From a virus: a stretch of DNA of 64,000 bases. How positions within the stretch are numbered: position 1 is the stretch's first letter; the number at the start of each line of letters is the position of its first letter. The notes beneath the pieces are model-generated. The model was not told the DNA's origin, did not search any database, and saw nothing but the letters and a program-made list of their open reading frames with translations. Both the position numbers and the translations under genes were made by a program. The DNA lies in the IMG/VR virus record IMGVR_UViG_3300036831_000050, positions 1-64,000 of that record. One strand, 5' to 3'. Below, in pieces: positions 9,140 through 18,968 of the stretch.

Positions 9140-10407
9140 GCGGCATTCCGGCAGGCAGTATCGTCCACGTTGGCGGCAAGACCGTCCTCAATCGTCTTCA
9201 GGACGCTGGGCTACAGAACCCGAACGTCCCGACGCAGACCGTCTACGAGACCGGCAACGATCTCGTCGTCGGCAAGATTCTGACGGAGGCGGACTTCCGC
9301 TTCCAGCTCACGTCCTGGGACGTGTCCACCGACCTGATGGCCCTGCTGCACGGCAAGTTCGCCGCCATGGGCGCTCTCATCTCCGCCGCCGATGCCGCTG
9401 GCACGGTCTACAAGTGGGAGGACTGCCAGTTCCTCAACGTGGCCTCTCCGTGGAAGCGTGACACGGGCACCGACGGCGGCGACGTTGAGGCCGGTGTCAT
9501 CATTCCCAACCTCTTCCCGACCGCGCTGGCCTACCGCCTGGGTGTCACCGAGAACGCCCAGATGCAGGTCACGCTCGCCTCCGGCGCCTACTACATGGCG
9601 AAGGGCTACCCCATGGAGGAGACCGCAGTGGGCGATGGTGTCGCCACGGCGTACGTCACCAGCGAGCACGCCATGGTGCACCGCATCGGCGGTTTCGCCT
9701 CCACGCGCCTGCGCTACGTCTTCGGCGTCATGGTCAACGGCGTCATTCAGGTGGAGGGCGAGGACTACACCGTGACAGGCGGCGCCGCCCCCGAGGTGGC
9801 CCCGACCGCTGTCACGATTCACTTCACCGTCCCGCCGCCCAACACGGCGGTTGTCAAGTTCTGCTACTTCAGCCCGACGGCCCACGCGATTCCGCAGGCG
9901 GACAACCTGGGCACGAACATTCTGCCCGCCGCCGTCCGGGGACGTGACATCACGATTCTCGTCGGCACGCCGAGCACGGCCGTGCCGCTGACGGGCATTC
10001 AGTCCTTCGAGTTGCAGGCTTCCTGCAACGGCGCGCTCCAGCGCGAGATGGGCCAGTACGACCCCATCGGCTACACGCAGACTGGAGTTGACACGACGGG
10101 CACCGTCACGATGGAGCCGAAGAACATCGACACGCTCTACAGCGCGCTGTCGGTCATGCTCGGCATCGACGTGTCTGAGGTGGTCGGCTACATCAACCAG
10201 CACGGCGTCCCACTGACGGCCGTCATTCACGACCCGACGGACCCGGCCACGATCATCAAGTCGATCTACGTGCCGGACGCGATCTTCCAGGCGCCGGGTG
10301 AGAGCGCGCGGGCCAATCAGGTCACGCAGTTCCCCATTCGCTTCGAGTCACAGACCGGCGTGTTCCGCGAGATCAAGGGCCAGCTCCCGCCCGACGGCCT
10401 GGGCTAG
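9136..10407 (+). CDS. Major tail (tube) protein with an inserted beta-sandwich domain
   Basis: 423 aa upstream of the chaperones and tape measure. Insert 'GDGVATAY...VMVNGVIQVEGEDYTV...IHFTVPP' is a common tail accessory domain. Confidence 0.65.
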   Translation: MSGIPAGSIVHVGGKTVLNRLQDAGLQNPNVPTQTVYETGNDLVVGKILTEADFRFQLTSWDVSTDLMALLHGKFAAMGALISAADAAGTVYKWEDCQFLNVASPWKRDTGTDGGDVEAGVIIPNLFPTALAYRLGVTENAQMQVTLASGAYYMAKGYPMEETAVGDGVATAYVTSEHAMVHRIGGFASTRLRYVFGVMVNGVIQVEGEDYTVTGGAAPEVAPTAVTIHFTVPPPNTAVVKFCYFSPTAHAIPQADNLGTNILPAAVRGRDITILVGTPSTAVPLTGIQSFELQASCNGALQREMGQYDPIGYTQTGVDTTGTVTMEPKNIDTLYSALSVMLGIDVSEVVGYINQHGVPLTAVIHDPTDPATIIKSIYVPDAIFQAPGESARANQVTQFPIRFESQTGVFREIKGQLPPDGLG

Positions 10408-10412
10408 TCCCA

Positions 10413-10592
10413 ATGGTCGAACTGCTCATTCGCATCATCGTCGCGGCCGTCATCGCCGTCATTGTCGATGTCGTCCTCAACGCCCTGGTGGTGTTCCCCC
10501 ACTCGGCACTCATCTTCGGTCTGATCGCGGTCCTCATCTTCCTGGCCATCGTCTTCAGCCGGTGGACGCCCAGCATGAGAGGGCGACCGTAA
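10413..10592 (+). CDS. Small two-TM membrane protein (holin candidate); not in ORF track
   Basis: MVELLIRIIVAAVIAVIVDVVLNALVVFPHSALIFGLIAVLIFLAIVFSRWTPSMRGRP (59 aa): two hydrophobic helices and a basic C-tail; exactly fills the gap between neighbours. Confidence 0.65.
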   Translation: MVELLIRIIVAAVIAVIVDVVLNALVVFPHSALIFGLIAVLIFLAIVFSRWTPSMRGRP

Positions 10593-11021
10593 GTGTCCGA
10601 GCAAGTCCTGACAGAGGCCGCAAGCGCCGGAGCCGCCGTGTCGGGCGGCGCAGTGCTGGTGGCCGACACGGACCACGTGCTCGCGGCCGAGAACCATGAG
10701 CGCGACAAGCTCATCGTCACGGTCGAGACCGCCGACGCCTGGCTGTCACTCGGCGCCGCTGCGGCCGTTGTCGGCCAGGGCATTCGCGTCGAGATGGACG
10801 GGCCGCCGTACGAGATCACGGACTGGAAGGGTCCGGTCCACATCATCTCCCACGGAGCGGCCGTGGTCGGCGTCGAAGAGACTTCATTCGCCACTGGCGA
10901 CGATGAGGGCGAGCGCCCCGCTGGCGCCGACACGTTCGTGCCCAGTGGACCCAGCGACTCCTTCTCACAGAACGCCAGGGCGAATGACACCACCGGGCGG
11001 CCATACCCGCCCCAGTCGTAA
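10593..11021 (+). CDS. Hypothetical protein
   Basis: Abuts the upstream stop codon; typical codon usage. Confidence 0.6.
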   Translation: MSEQVLTEAASAGAAVSGGAVLVADTDHVLAAENHERDKLIVTVETADAWLSLGAAAAVVGQGIRVEMDGPPYEITDWKGPVHIISHGAAVVGVEETSFATGDDEGERPAGADTFVPSGPSDSFSQNARANDTTGRPYPPQS

Positions 11022-11075
11022 CCCCACAACTGAAGTTCGGCAACGGGGCGTGAGAGCGCCCGAGGAGGAGTAGAA

Positions 11076-11957
11076 ATGGAAGCATCGGCTGTTGCCACCC
11101 CCACCAGCGCGGCCCCGCCCGCCGAGCCTGAGGAGACTCACGACGGCGCGGCAGAGGCCACGCGGTCCACCGAGGAGCTGTTCCAGTGGAGCGGCTACGT
11201 CCACGTCGGCAGAGGAGCTGAGGACTGCGAGCACGGTCTTGACGGCGAGTGCGTGGACCCCGAGCACTTCCACGCCTGGGTGTGTCTACCCAACTCGTTC
11301 CAGATCAGGGACATTGGCGACAAGGCCAAGGCGGCGAAGGCGCGCAAGATTCGCTCGCTCAAGGACCCTGACAGCGACTCATACGTGACACTGGAGGACG
11401 AGCTTGACAGCTTCCGGGTCGGGGCGCGCTTCGACCACTTGGTGACAGCACTGGCGAAGGCGCGCGTCGATGCGCACCTCCCTGACATCATGCGTGCAGC
11501 GTCCGAGGACGAGCGGTTCGAGAATCACGCCCAGGACGCCGAGGAGCTTCAGAGGCTTGAGCTGCTACCCGAGGACGAGCGCGACCCCGAGGAGTACGAG
11601 CGGCTTCAGAAGGACATGGTGGCCTTCGCCGAGGAGATCGAGCGAGGCATCAACGAGCGCGTCGAGACCGAGGAGAAGGCGCTGCGCGCACTGCCGGTCG
11701 ATGATGTCATCGCGGAGCAGCGGCAGCTCCGCATCGAGGACATCGGCAACGAGGCGTACCTGCACACCTACTACACGTGGGCCATGTACGTCGGCGCGCG
11801 GCAGCCCACTATGACGGGATTCTCGTCGGCCCGTAAGTTCGCCAAGCCTGACGACCTGCGCGAGGCGGCGCCCGAGATCATCTACGCGCTGCGGTCGAAG
11901 ATTCAGCAGTTGGAGACCCGGACAACGGCAAGGGGTGATGCGGCGGGAAACTCCTAG
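11076..11957 (+). CDS. Tail assembly chaperone (gpG-like)
   Basis: Lies before the tape measure gene; ends in slippery heptamer G GGA AAC. Confidence 0.75.
   Translation: MEASAVATPTSAAPPAEPEETHDGAAEATRSTEELFQWSGYVHVGRGAEDCEHGLDGECVDPEHFHAWVCLPNSFQIRDIGDKAKAAKARKIRSLKDPDSDSYVTLEDELDSFRVGARFDHLVTALAKARVDAHLPDIMRAASEDERFENHAQDAEELQRLELLPEDERDPEEYERLQKDMVAFAEEIERGINERVETEEKALRALPVDDVIAEQRQLRIEDIGNEAYLHTYYTWAMYVGARQPTMTGFSSARKFAKPDDLREAAPEIIYALRSKIQQLETRTTARGDAAGNS
11945..11951 (+). other. Programmed -1 ribosomal frameshift site GGGAAAC
   Basis: X XXY YYZ heptamer. The -1 frame reads GGG AAA CTC CTA GTG GAC GAG, continuing into ORF 11957-12295. Confidence 0.85.
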
Positions 11958-12295
11958 TGGACGAGGCGTGGCTGAACATGGTCCGCATGGCGCGTGACCT
12001 AGGCGACATCTCGTCCCTGTTTCCCACAGGCATCAAGCGAATATGGGACCTGCCACACACACTCGCGTCCGCTATTCGCATGGGCCTCTATTACCTGTCA
12101 TTCGAGGAGCTGCCAGAGAAGGAACGGCCGCCTCGTCACATCTGGCTGGACCCGAAGAAGATGGACGCTCACTGGGCGCAAGTGAAGGCCGACCGGGAGC
12201 GTGAGATGAAGGGCCAAGGCTCCATCAATGACATGCCCGAGAACGCGCTGCTGAAGGACATGTTCGGGCCGAGGGTCAACGTCGGAACGACGTAA
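11957..12295 (+). CDS. Tail assembly chaperone C-terminal (gpT-like) frame
   Basis: In the -1 frame relative to the upstream gene; directly precedes the tape measure gene. Confidence 0.75.
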   Translation: MDEAWLNMVRMARDLGDISSLFPTGIKRIWDLPHTLASAIRMGLYYLSFEELPEKERPPRHIWLDPKKMDAHWAQVKADREREMKGQGSINDMPENALLKDMFGPRVNVGTT

Positions 12296-15200
12296 TGGCA
12301 CGCATCACCTACGGCTCCTCTGGTGGTGACTTTGCGGACGAGACCCGCAAGGCGGAGCAGCTTACTGCCGCCACCCAGACTGTCAACCAGAAGCTAGAGG
12401 AGTACCGCGCCGAGCAGGAGAGCACGGCGGGCACTGACCAGGGGTCGGCCAAGACCAGGGCCGACGTGGCGGGCGCTACCGAGCAACTGTCGGCGGCGCT
12501 CCGGGCCAACATCGAGTCGATCTCGGCTGAGACCGCCGCGCTCAGGACCAACACGGCCCAGCTCGAACGACAGCTTACGCTCCGACGTGAGTTGGCTGCT
12601 ACGGGTGGTCGCGGTGGCGGCGGTGGCGGCATCATTCCGCCCGTCGCCTACGCGGCCGGTGGCCCGGAGGAGGACCCGGCCAACCTGCGGGCACAGCTCG
12701 CCGCACGCGAGCGCCAGATCGCGCAGCTCAGCAGGCAAGGCTCGGTGGCCGGGGTTCCGATCATAGGTGGCCCTGGCTCGGCCGCAGAGCGCGCGGCGGC
12801 GGTCGCCCCGTCGCTGGAGACCACCGCCGCCAGGAAAGAGGCGGAGGCTTACTTCCAGCAGGTCGCCAAGAACGAGCAGGCGATTGGCCAGATGGGCGCC
12901 AGGCAGGCGTCTGCCAATGCGGAGTTCCAGGCATCGGCCGCCGCGTACGCCAGCTCCAGCGACGCACTGTCACGCCACGGTGCGCTGACCACCGAGTTCA
13001 TTCAGGCGCTCGCCCGTGGCCAGGTGACGATGGGCGAGTTCGGCAGCCAGATGGTGTCAACCATCGGGAAGTTCGGAGGGTGGATCGCGGCCGGTGCTGC
13101 GGTGTACGGCGTCGTCAAGCTCTTCGGTGACCTGACCAAGGGAGCGACGGAGACCCAGACGGCAGTGTCACAGCTCGGCCGGTTCATTCCCGGCCTGGGC
13201 GGTCCGGCCGGTGGTGGCTCTGGTCAGATTGCTCCGTTCGAGGGTCAGTTGCGAGGCATCTCCACCCAGTTCAACGTGCCGATCAGCGAAGTGACCGACT
13301 CGATGCTGGTCATGGCGCGGAGCTTCCACAACGTGACAGACGCAGCGAATGCCACACGCGCCGCGCTTGCTGTGCAGATTCTTGACCAAGTGTCGGGCAG
13401 CCAGACCGAGACCTACCTCACTGGTATCGCCAACTCACTGGGCTACAGCAACCAGCCCGGAGGCGGCAACCGGCTCATCGGCGTGGTCAACTCGCTCAAC
13501 GAGCTTCAGAGCCAGTACAACGCGCGAGTGTCACAGGTGCTCCCCGGCGTCGCCCGCGCCGTCCCGGCTGCCATCGCGTCGGGGACCAGCATCAACCAGC
13601 TTGAGGCCCTGACCGCCCTCGGCGTGCGCTCCGGCATACCCGGCAATCAGGTCGGCACGGCGCTCCTACGGTCGATGACAGGGTTCGCCTTCCGGCCGGG
13701 CAGCGAGGTGACCTACGGTCGTTTCGGCATTCAAGCCGAGCCAGGGCAGTACGGGAACCTCATCGAGCAGATCATGGGCACGATCTCCGGTCGCGCGAGA
13801 GCGGGTAACCCACTGTCACGCGGAGACCTGACAGCACTCGCGTCGGCACTGGGCGGACCACAGCTAGGCGCCCGGACACTCCTGCCATTGCTGGTCCAGC
13901 AGTCCTCGCACCCCAACGAGAACTTCTACCAGAACGTACTCACCGCGACACAGCACCCGCGCTCATACCAGGAGGACTTGAACGCCTACCTTGACACAGT
14001 GGGACAGCGGTTCAAGTCCATTGGCATCTTGCTCCAGAACTTCGGCTCGCAGCTTGCCGAGTCGGGCGCGCTCCAGCCGCTCATCTCCATGCTCAGCATC
14101 TTCAGGGACCTGGCCTCGGCGGCGACGAACACGCTCGGCCCCATCACTCGCCTCCTGGGCTTCTTCAACGTCCTGCCAGGCTTCGTACAGCAGCTCGCGG
14201 GGGCGGCTGCGGTCTTCGCTGCCGTACGCTGGGCGTCAACCAGCACGCGGTTCGGCGGAGCGGCCACGGCGGCCATCAGTCGCCTCCCTGGTCTCGGTGG
14301 CCTCTATAACGACTCACGCGCCGAGGTGGAGGGTGCCGTCGGTCGCTACCAGACCTACACACTGCCACTACAGGAGCAGGAGCTAAACGCCGCGCGAGTG
14401 GCCAGGCTGCGCGCTTCCTCCGCCTCCGTGCAGGCCGGGGATGCGTTCGCCGCCTACGCCGCAACTGGAGTTGCGACAAGCGACCCCCACCTCACCACCC
14501 TCCGCGAGAAGCAGGAGGCTGCCTCGGCCGCGCTCACCACCGCGAGCGAGCGGGAGTCACAGGCAGCACAGGCCGTGGCGCAGACCCAGGCCGACATCGA
14601 AGTCCTGAAGAACAAGCAACTGGACTGGTCCACCAGGGCGACCTATCTGGAGCAGCGAGGCGCTGTCAGCTCCGAGGAGCTTGTCGGCCTCAAGCAGCAG
14701 CTCGTAGAGCAGGCTTACGCGCAGCTCTCGGCCGGTAGGGGTGTCACGGCGGCTGCCACGGGTGCGCTGGCGACAAGTCTCGGCGCCGCTGGTGCTGCCG
14801 GTGCCTCCGAGTTCGCCGCTGCACGCAGCGTCGGCTTCGACCCGACCGCACTGGCAGGTTTCGGCATCGCTGGTGTCGCCGGGGTCGCTGGCACTCGCAC
14901 CCTGATTGAGGCACGTGCGTCACTGGCACGTCGTGTCGCGGCGGAAAGCAGCCTGGGTCAAGGGATCGCGTTCACACCCGAGTCCGTTCGAGCTGGTCTG
15001 GCGGTGCCACTCAGCAATGCCGTGACACCGGCCGTGGAGGAACAGGTGGCGGCCGTGCAAGCCTCCCTGCGCCAGCGTATCGCCAGTCGGTTCGGCGCGC
15101 TGGCCGGTGGACCGGCGCTGCCGCTCGCGGGCGCGTTGGTGTCGCAGTCGATTCCGGGCTACGTGGGCCAGGTGGCCCAGAGCGGCTTCAGTGACATGCT

Positions 15201-18200
15201 GCTGGCCAGCTTCATTCCCGGTTTGGGCGCCGGGGGCAGGCTGGCAGCGTTCGCACTGGGTGGTGCGACGACACCCCTGACAAACGGCAGCAGCGGCTCG
15301 CAGCAGTTCCTCTCTCGCGCGCTCGGCGCGGGGGCTGGCGCGTACCTGGGGTCCAAGGCGCTCCCGCTACTCGCCAGGGGTGCCACATCGCTCCTGAGCG
15401 CGCTCCCCGAGTCACTACTTCCCTTCGATGTCGCCGCCCCGGAGATCGGCATACCACTGACCATCGCCGCTACGGTGGGTGGCGCGCTCCTCGGTGGCAT
15501 CTTCGGCGGCGGCTCCAGTCAGCAGCAGCCGCCGCCCCAGCCGACGGCATGGAACCAGAACCAAGACGCGCTGGGCGCGCTCCATGCCGTCATCTACGGC
15601 GGTGCCAAGGGTCGGGCCGCGTTCGGCTCGAACGTCAGCAACCTGCTCGCGGACGCCTACCTCAACACAGGCGCCTCCGCCCAGCGCAGCCAGCAGAGCG
15701 CCGCTGCCATCGTGAACACCCTTACGGCCCAACTTGGGTTGTACGGTAGCAACACCGTCGAAGGCAAGGCGGCCCAAACCGGCCTCTCGGAGTTCATGCA
15801 GTCGGTGGGTGAGAACGCGCGGCTCAACCCGCAGCTTACGCAGCAACTCATGTCCACCCTTACGCAGTCGAGCAACGCGGAGATTCAGCGTCGCTTCCAG
15901 TTCGCGGTCTCTCAGGGCGGGGGCAGCGCCAGCGGGGCGGCTGCGGACGCCATCGCGCGGACCCAACAGACGAACGTCCAGCCACTCCAAGATGCGCTGG
16001 CCAGCCAACAGGGACTTGCCGCCACCGCTCAGGAAACCTTGTCATCACTCCAGGGTCGCGCGGCCGGTGCCACCGGCAAGCAGAAGCAGGAGCTTGAGAA
16101 GCAGATCGCCGCCCAGCGCGAGCTACTGGGCAAGGCACAGGGCAACGTGCAAACCCTCCAGGCCATGACACAGTTGGCCAGAGAGAACGCCACTCTTCAG
16201 GAGCAGCAGTATGCCCAGCAGGCCCTCCAGGCCGAACAGACTTCCATTCAGGCGGCCGGTCAGCTCAAGGTGGCCCAGGCTGGTGGCAACCAGGCGCTCC
16301 AGGCCCAGGCCCAGGCGACGACGGCGAACAAGTCACTTCAGGCCGTCAAGGACAGTCACCTGACAGGCCGCGCCCGGACCGACGCCCTCAACCAGGCCCA
16401 GGCGGCTGCCGACCAGGCACACACAGCGGTTGTGACACAGGGCTTGAATGCGGTCCAAGCAGCGAGTGCGGTTGCCGAGGCCAGCACCCCCATTGGCAAC
16501 ACGGCCGCCGATGCCGAGGCCAAGGCCAAGGCGGCCTACGCGGCTTGGAACTACATGTCACAGCACTCCCACTCGTTCGACCCGAATCAGATCAAGACCG
16601 CGTGGGCAGCCGTCCTCCAGGCACGCAAGGACGCCATCACGGCCGTGGCTGACTACGCCATTCAGATGAACGACCTGGCCACGTCACTGACACAGGCCCA
16701 GGACTATGGTGACAGTCTGGCGGCGGCCCAGGCGGGGCTTTCCGGCGCAGAACGAGACTTGAGTTTGGCCAAGACGCCCCAACAGGCCGCCCAGGCGCGG
16801 GTCAACGTCGCCAACCAGCAGGCTGCCGTCTACCAGGCCCAGCAGCAGCGGTATCAGGAGTACGGACAGCTCGCCGCGTCACAGCTCCCCGGCGACCCGG
16901 TGGGACAGGCGGCAGCACTCGCCCAGGCCGCTGCGGTGGCACTTGCCAATGCTCACGGCACTGACAACATCATCACCGCCCAGACGAACTACAACAACGC
17001 CCAGAAGGCTTACTACGACGCCATCACTCAGCAGCAAGACATGCTGTACCAGACGGCACAGATCAACGAGACCGGCAACGCCGTGCTCCAGGCGGCGACC
17101 GCCGAGGCCCAGGCTGCGTACGACGCCTCCAGGGCACAGGGTCCGGGCGAGGCGGCCAAGGCGGCACAGGAAGCGGCCCAGGCCGCCCAGCAGGCCCACC
17201 AGGCCGCACAGCAGCGCATTCAGGAGACCACTGCGCTGGCCCAGGCGCGCGATGTCTACAACCCCGTCGAGGCGGCCAAGCGCGCGCTCGCTGGCATCAA
17301 CGCCGAGATCGCCAACGCACAGGGGCGGCCCGACGAGCTGCTTCAGCTCGAAGCACAGCGCGCCCAGGCCGAGTACCAGCTTCACCAGGCCCGCCAGGCG
17401 CGCATCTCACAGCACGGTGCCACGCGCGAGGCCCAGCAGTCTGGCAACACCGTCGCGTCGGCCGAGACCGCAGTTGACACCGCGCGACAGCTCTTGGCCA
17501 CCGCTCGCGGCACACAGGAACAGCAGCAGGCCGAAGCACAGCTCGCTACGGCTGAACACCAGTTGACTCAAGCGCGCATCGCTCGCGCCCAGGCGCTCGC
17601 CCAGCTTCAGGAGACCCAGGACACGGGCAACGTCGTCGCCCAGGCCCAGGACGCCCTCGCCGCCGCCAACAGGGAGCGTGAGCTGGCCAAGGGCCGGGAC
17701 GCCACGATCAAGGCTCGGACGGATCAGGCCGCCGCGAGGCAGCAGGAGATACAGGCCGAGCAGACGCGCGCACAGGAGTACGGTCAGCTCGCCGTGGCCC
17801 AGGCCGGTAACGACCCGGTGGCTGCGGCTCAGGCCCAGTTGCGCGCCGCTGCGAAGGAACTTGAGTTGGCACATGGCATCGACCAGAAGATTCAGGCCGA
17901 GACTGCCTACGCCCAGGCCCAGAATGCGCTCGTCGTGGCACTTGACAACGAGATCGTGTCACTCGGACAGTTGGCCGCCGCGAGAGACTGGGCCGACCCA
18001 CTCAAGGCCATTCAGGACCAGATCAACGCTGTCATCAAGGCACTTGCCAACGCCAAGACTCCAGCCCAGAAGATTCAGTACGAGACCCAGCTCGCACAGT
18101 TGCAGGCGCAGTACCAGCAGGCTTTCACTAGCCAGCGAGAGGCGACGATTCAGTTCCAGCTCACCATGCGTCAGATCACTGCGCAGCAGGCCATTCTCCA

Positions 18201-18522
18201 GCTCGAAGACTTGCTCAAGACCCAGAAGATGACAGAGGCCAGCCGCCAGCAGATCGAGGAGCAGATCAGGCAGCTCCAGCTCGGCAACGGTACGAGCGAG
18301 TTCAACCTGGCACCCGGCAAGATCAAGCTGCCGACCATCTATGACATTGTGCGGGCGATGCAGGGTCACTCGCCCATCGGAAACTCGGCCGCGCTTATCA
18401 ACAATCAGCCGACCATCAATGTGTATGTCGGTCAGGCCAGCGACGCCGGAGCGGTGTATGACGCGATTGACAGGGCGACCGGCAGCGGCCTGGCCTCCAC
18501 CATGCGATCAGTGGGAGCATAG
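12295..18522 (+). CDS. Tape measure protein
   Basis: 2075 aa, Ala/Gln/Gly-rich and helical, with hydrophobic stretches; follows the frameshifted chaperones. Confidence 0.9.
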   Translation: MARITYGSSGGDFADETRKAEQLTAATQTVNQKLEEYRAEQESTAGTDQGSAKTRADVAGATEQLSAALRANIESISAETAALRTNTAQLERQLTLRRELAATGGRGGGGGGIIPPVAYAAGGPEEDPANLRAQLAARERQIAQLSRQGSVAGVPIIGGPGSAAERAAAVAPSLETTAARKEAEAYFQQVAKNEQAIGQMGARQASANAEFQASAAAYASSSDALSRHGALTTEFIQALARGQVTMGEFGSQMVSTIGKFGGWIAAGAAVYGVVKLFGDLTKGATETQTAVSQLGRFIPGLGGPAGGGSGQIAPFEGQLRGISTQFNVPISEVTDSMLVMARSFHNVTDAANATRAALAVQILDQVSGSQTETYLTGIANSLGYSNQPGGGNRLIGVVNSLNELQSQYNARVSQVLPGVARAVPAAIASGTSINQLEALTALGVRSGIPGNQVGTALLRSMTGFAFRPGSEVTYGRFGIQAEPGQYGNLIEQIMGTISGRARAGNPLSRGDLTALASALGGPQLGARTLLPLLVQQSSHPNENFYQNVLTATQHPRSYQEDLNAYLDTVGQRFKSIGILLQNFGSQLAESGALQPLISMLSIFRDLASAATNTLGPITRLLGFFNVLPGFVQQLAGAAAVFAAVRWASTSTRFGGAATAAISRLPGLGGLYNDSRAEVEGAVGRYQTYTLPLQEQELNAARVARLRASSASVQAGDAFAAYAATGVATSDPHLTTLREKQEAASAALTTASERESQAAQAVAQTQADIEVLKNKQLDWSTRATYLEQRGAVSSEELVGLKQQLVEQAYAQLSAGRGVTAAATGALATSLGAAGAAGASEFAAARSVGFDPTALAGFGIAGVAGVAGTRTLIEARASLARRVAAESSLGQGIAFTPESVRAGLAVPLSNAVTPAVEEQVAAVQASLRQRIASRFGALAGGPALPLAGALVSQSIPGYVGQVAQSGFSDMLLASFIPGLGAGGRLAAFALGGATTPLTNGSSGSQQFLSRALGAGAGAYLGSKALPLLARGATSLLSALPESLLPFDVAAPEIGIPLTIAATVGGALLGGIFGGGSSQQQPPPQPTAWNQNQDALGALHAVIYGGAKGRAAFGSNVSNLLADAYLNTGASAQRSQQSAAAIVNTLTAQLGLYGSNTVEGKAAQTGLSEFMQSVGENARLNPQLTQQLMSTLTQSSNAEIQRRFQFAVSQGGGSASGAAADAIARTQQTNVQPLQDALASQQGLAATAQETLSSLQGRAAGATGKQKQELEKQIAAQRELLGKAQGNVQTLQAMTQLARENATLQEQQYAQQALQAEQTSIQAAGQLKVAQAGGNQALQAQAQATTANKSLQAVKDSHLTGRARTDALNQAQAAADQAHTAVVTQGLNAVQAASAVAEASTPIGNTAADAEAKAKAAYAAWNYMSQHSHSFDPNQIKTAWAAVLQARKDAITAVADYAIQMNDLATSLTQAQDYGDSLAAAQAGLSGAERDLSLAKTPQQAAQARVNVANQQAAVYQAQQQRYQEYGQLAASQLPGDPVGQAAALAQAAAVALANAHGTDNIITAQTNYNNAQKAYYDAITQQQDMLYQTAQINETGNAVLQAATAEAQAAYDASRAQGPGEAAKAAQEAAQAAQQAHQAAQQRIQETTALAQARDVYNPVEAAKRALAGINAEIANAQGRPDELLQLEAQRAQAEYQLHQARQARISQHGATREAQQSGNTVASAETAVDTARQLLATARGTQEQQQAEAQLATAEHQLTQARIARAQALAQLQETQDTGNVVAQAQDALAAANRERELAKGRDATIKARTDQAAARQQEIQAEQTRAQEYGQLAVAQAGNDPVAAAQAQLRAAAKELELAHGIDQKIQAETAYAQAQNALVVALDNEIVSLGQLAAARDWADPLKAIQDQINAVIKALANAKTPAQKIQYETQLAQLQAQYQQAFTSQREATIQFQLTMRQITAQQAILQLEDLLKTQKMTEASRQQIEEQIRQLQLGNGTSEFNLAPGKIKLPTIYDIVRAMQGHSPIGNSAALINNQPTINVYVGQASDAGAVYDAIDRATGSGLASTMRSVGA
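16708..18180 (+). repeat. About 8 tandem 61-aa repeats within the tape measure protein
   Basis: Units begin GDSL/GDPV/GNAV/YNPV/GNTV/GNVV/NDPV/ADPL at 61-62-aa spacing. Confidence 0.8.
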
Positions 18523-18524
18523 AC

Positions 18525-18968
18525 ATGGCACGTGTGACGTTCACCGACCCGGCGACTGGCGACACCTACACGTGGCCCAACAACCCTGCGCCTAACGAGA
18601 TAACTCAAGCTGCGTCGAAGTCGCGGAGCATCGACCGCACTTCCTCCACCGGCAACGTCGGCCTGGTCAAGCAGCAGGGCGACGACGGCGCCTACATCGT
18701 GCACTGGGAGCCGTCGGTGTTCACGCGCGAGCATGAAGTGCAGCTCTGGAGCTGGTACACGCTGTCATCGAAGCAGACCATCTATCTGGCCGACTGGGAT
18801 GGCAACGTCTACGAGGGTCAGATCATCACGCTCTCGAAGCAGGACATTGGCGCACTGGGCGGACCGGGTGACATACCCGACCGGCTCATGTACGCCAAGT
18901 ACGTGTTCGAGTTCGAGGTGTACTCGTTCATCGCGGGCATCTTGGCCGACGCCGGGGTTCGTGCATAG
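18525..18968 (+). CDS. Distal tail protein (Dit-like)
   Basis: 147-aa beta-rich protein immediately after the tape measure gene. Confidence 0.6.
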   Translation: MARVTFTDPATGDTYTWPNNPAPNEITQAASKSRSIDRTSSTGNVGLVKQQGDDGAYIVHWEPSVFTREHEVQLWSWYTLSSKQTIYLADWDGNVYEGQIITLSKQDIGALGGPGDIPDRLMYAKYVFEFEVYSFIAGILADAGVRA

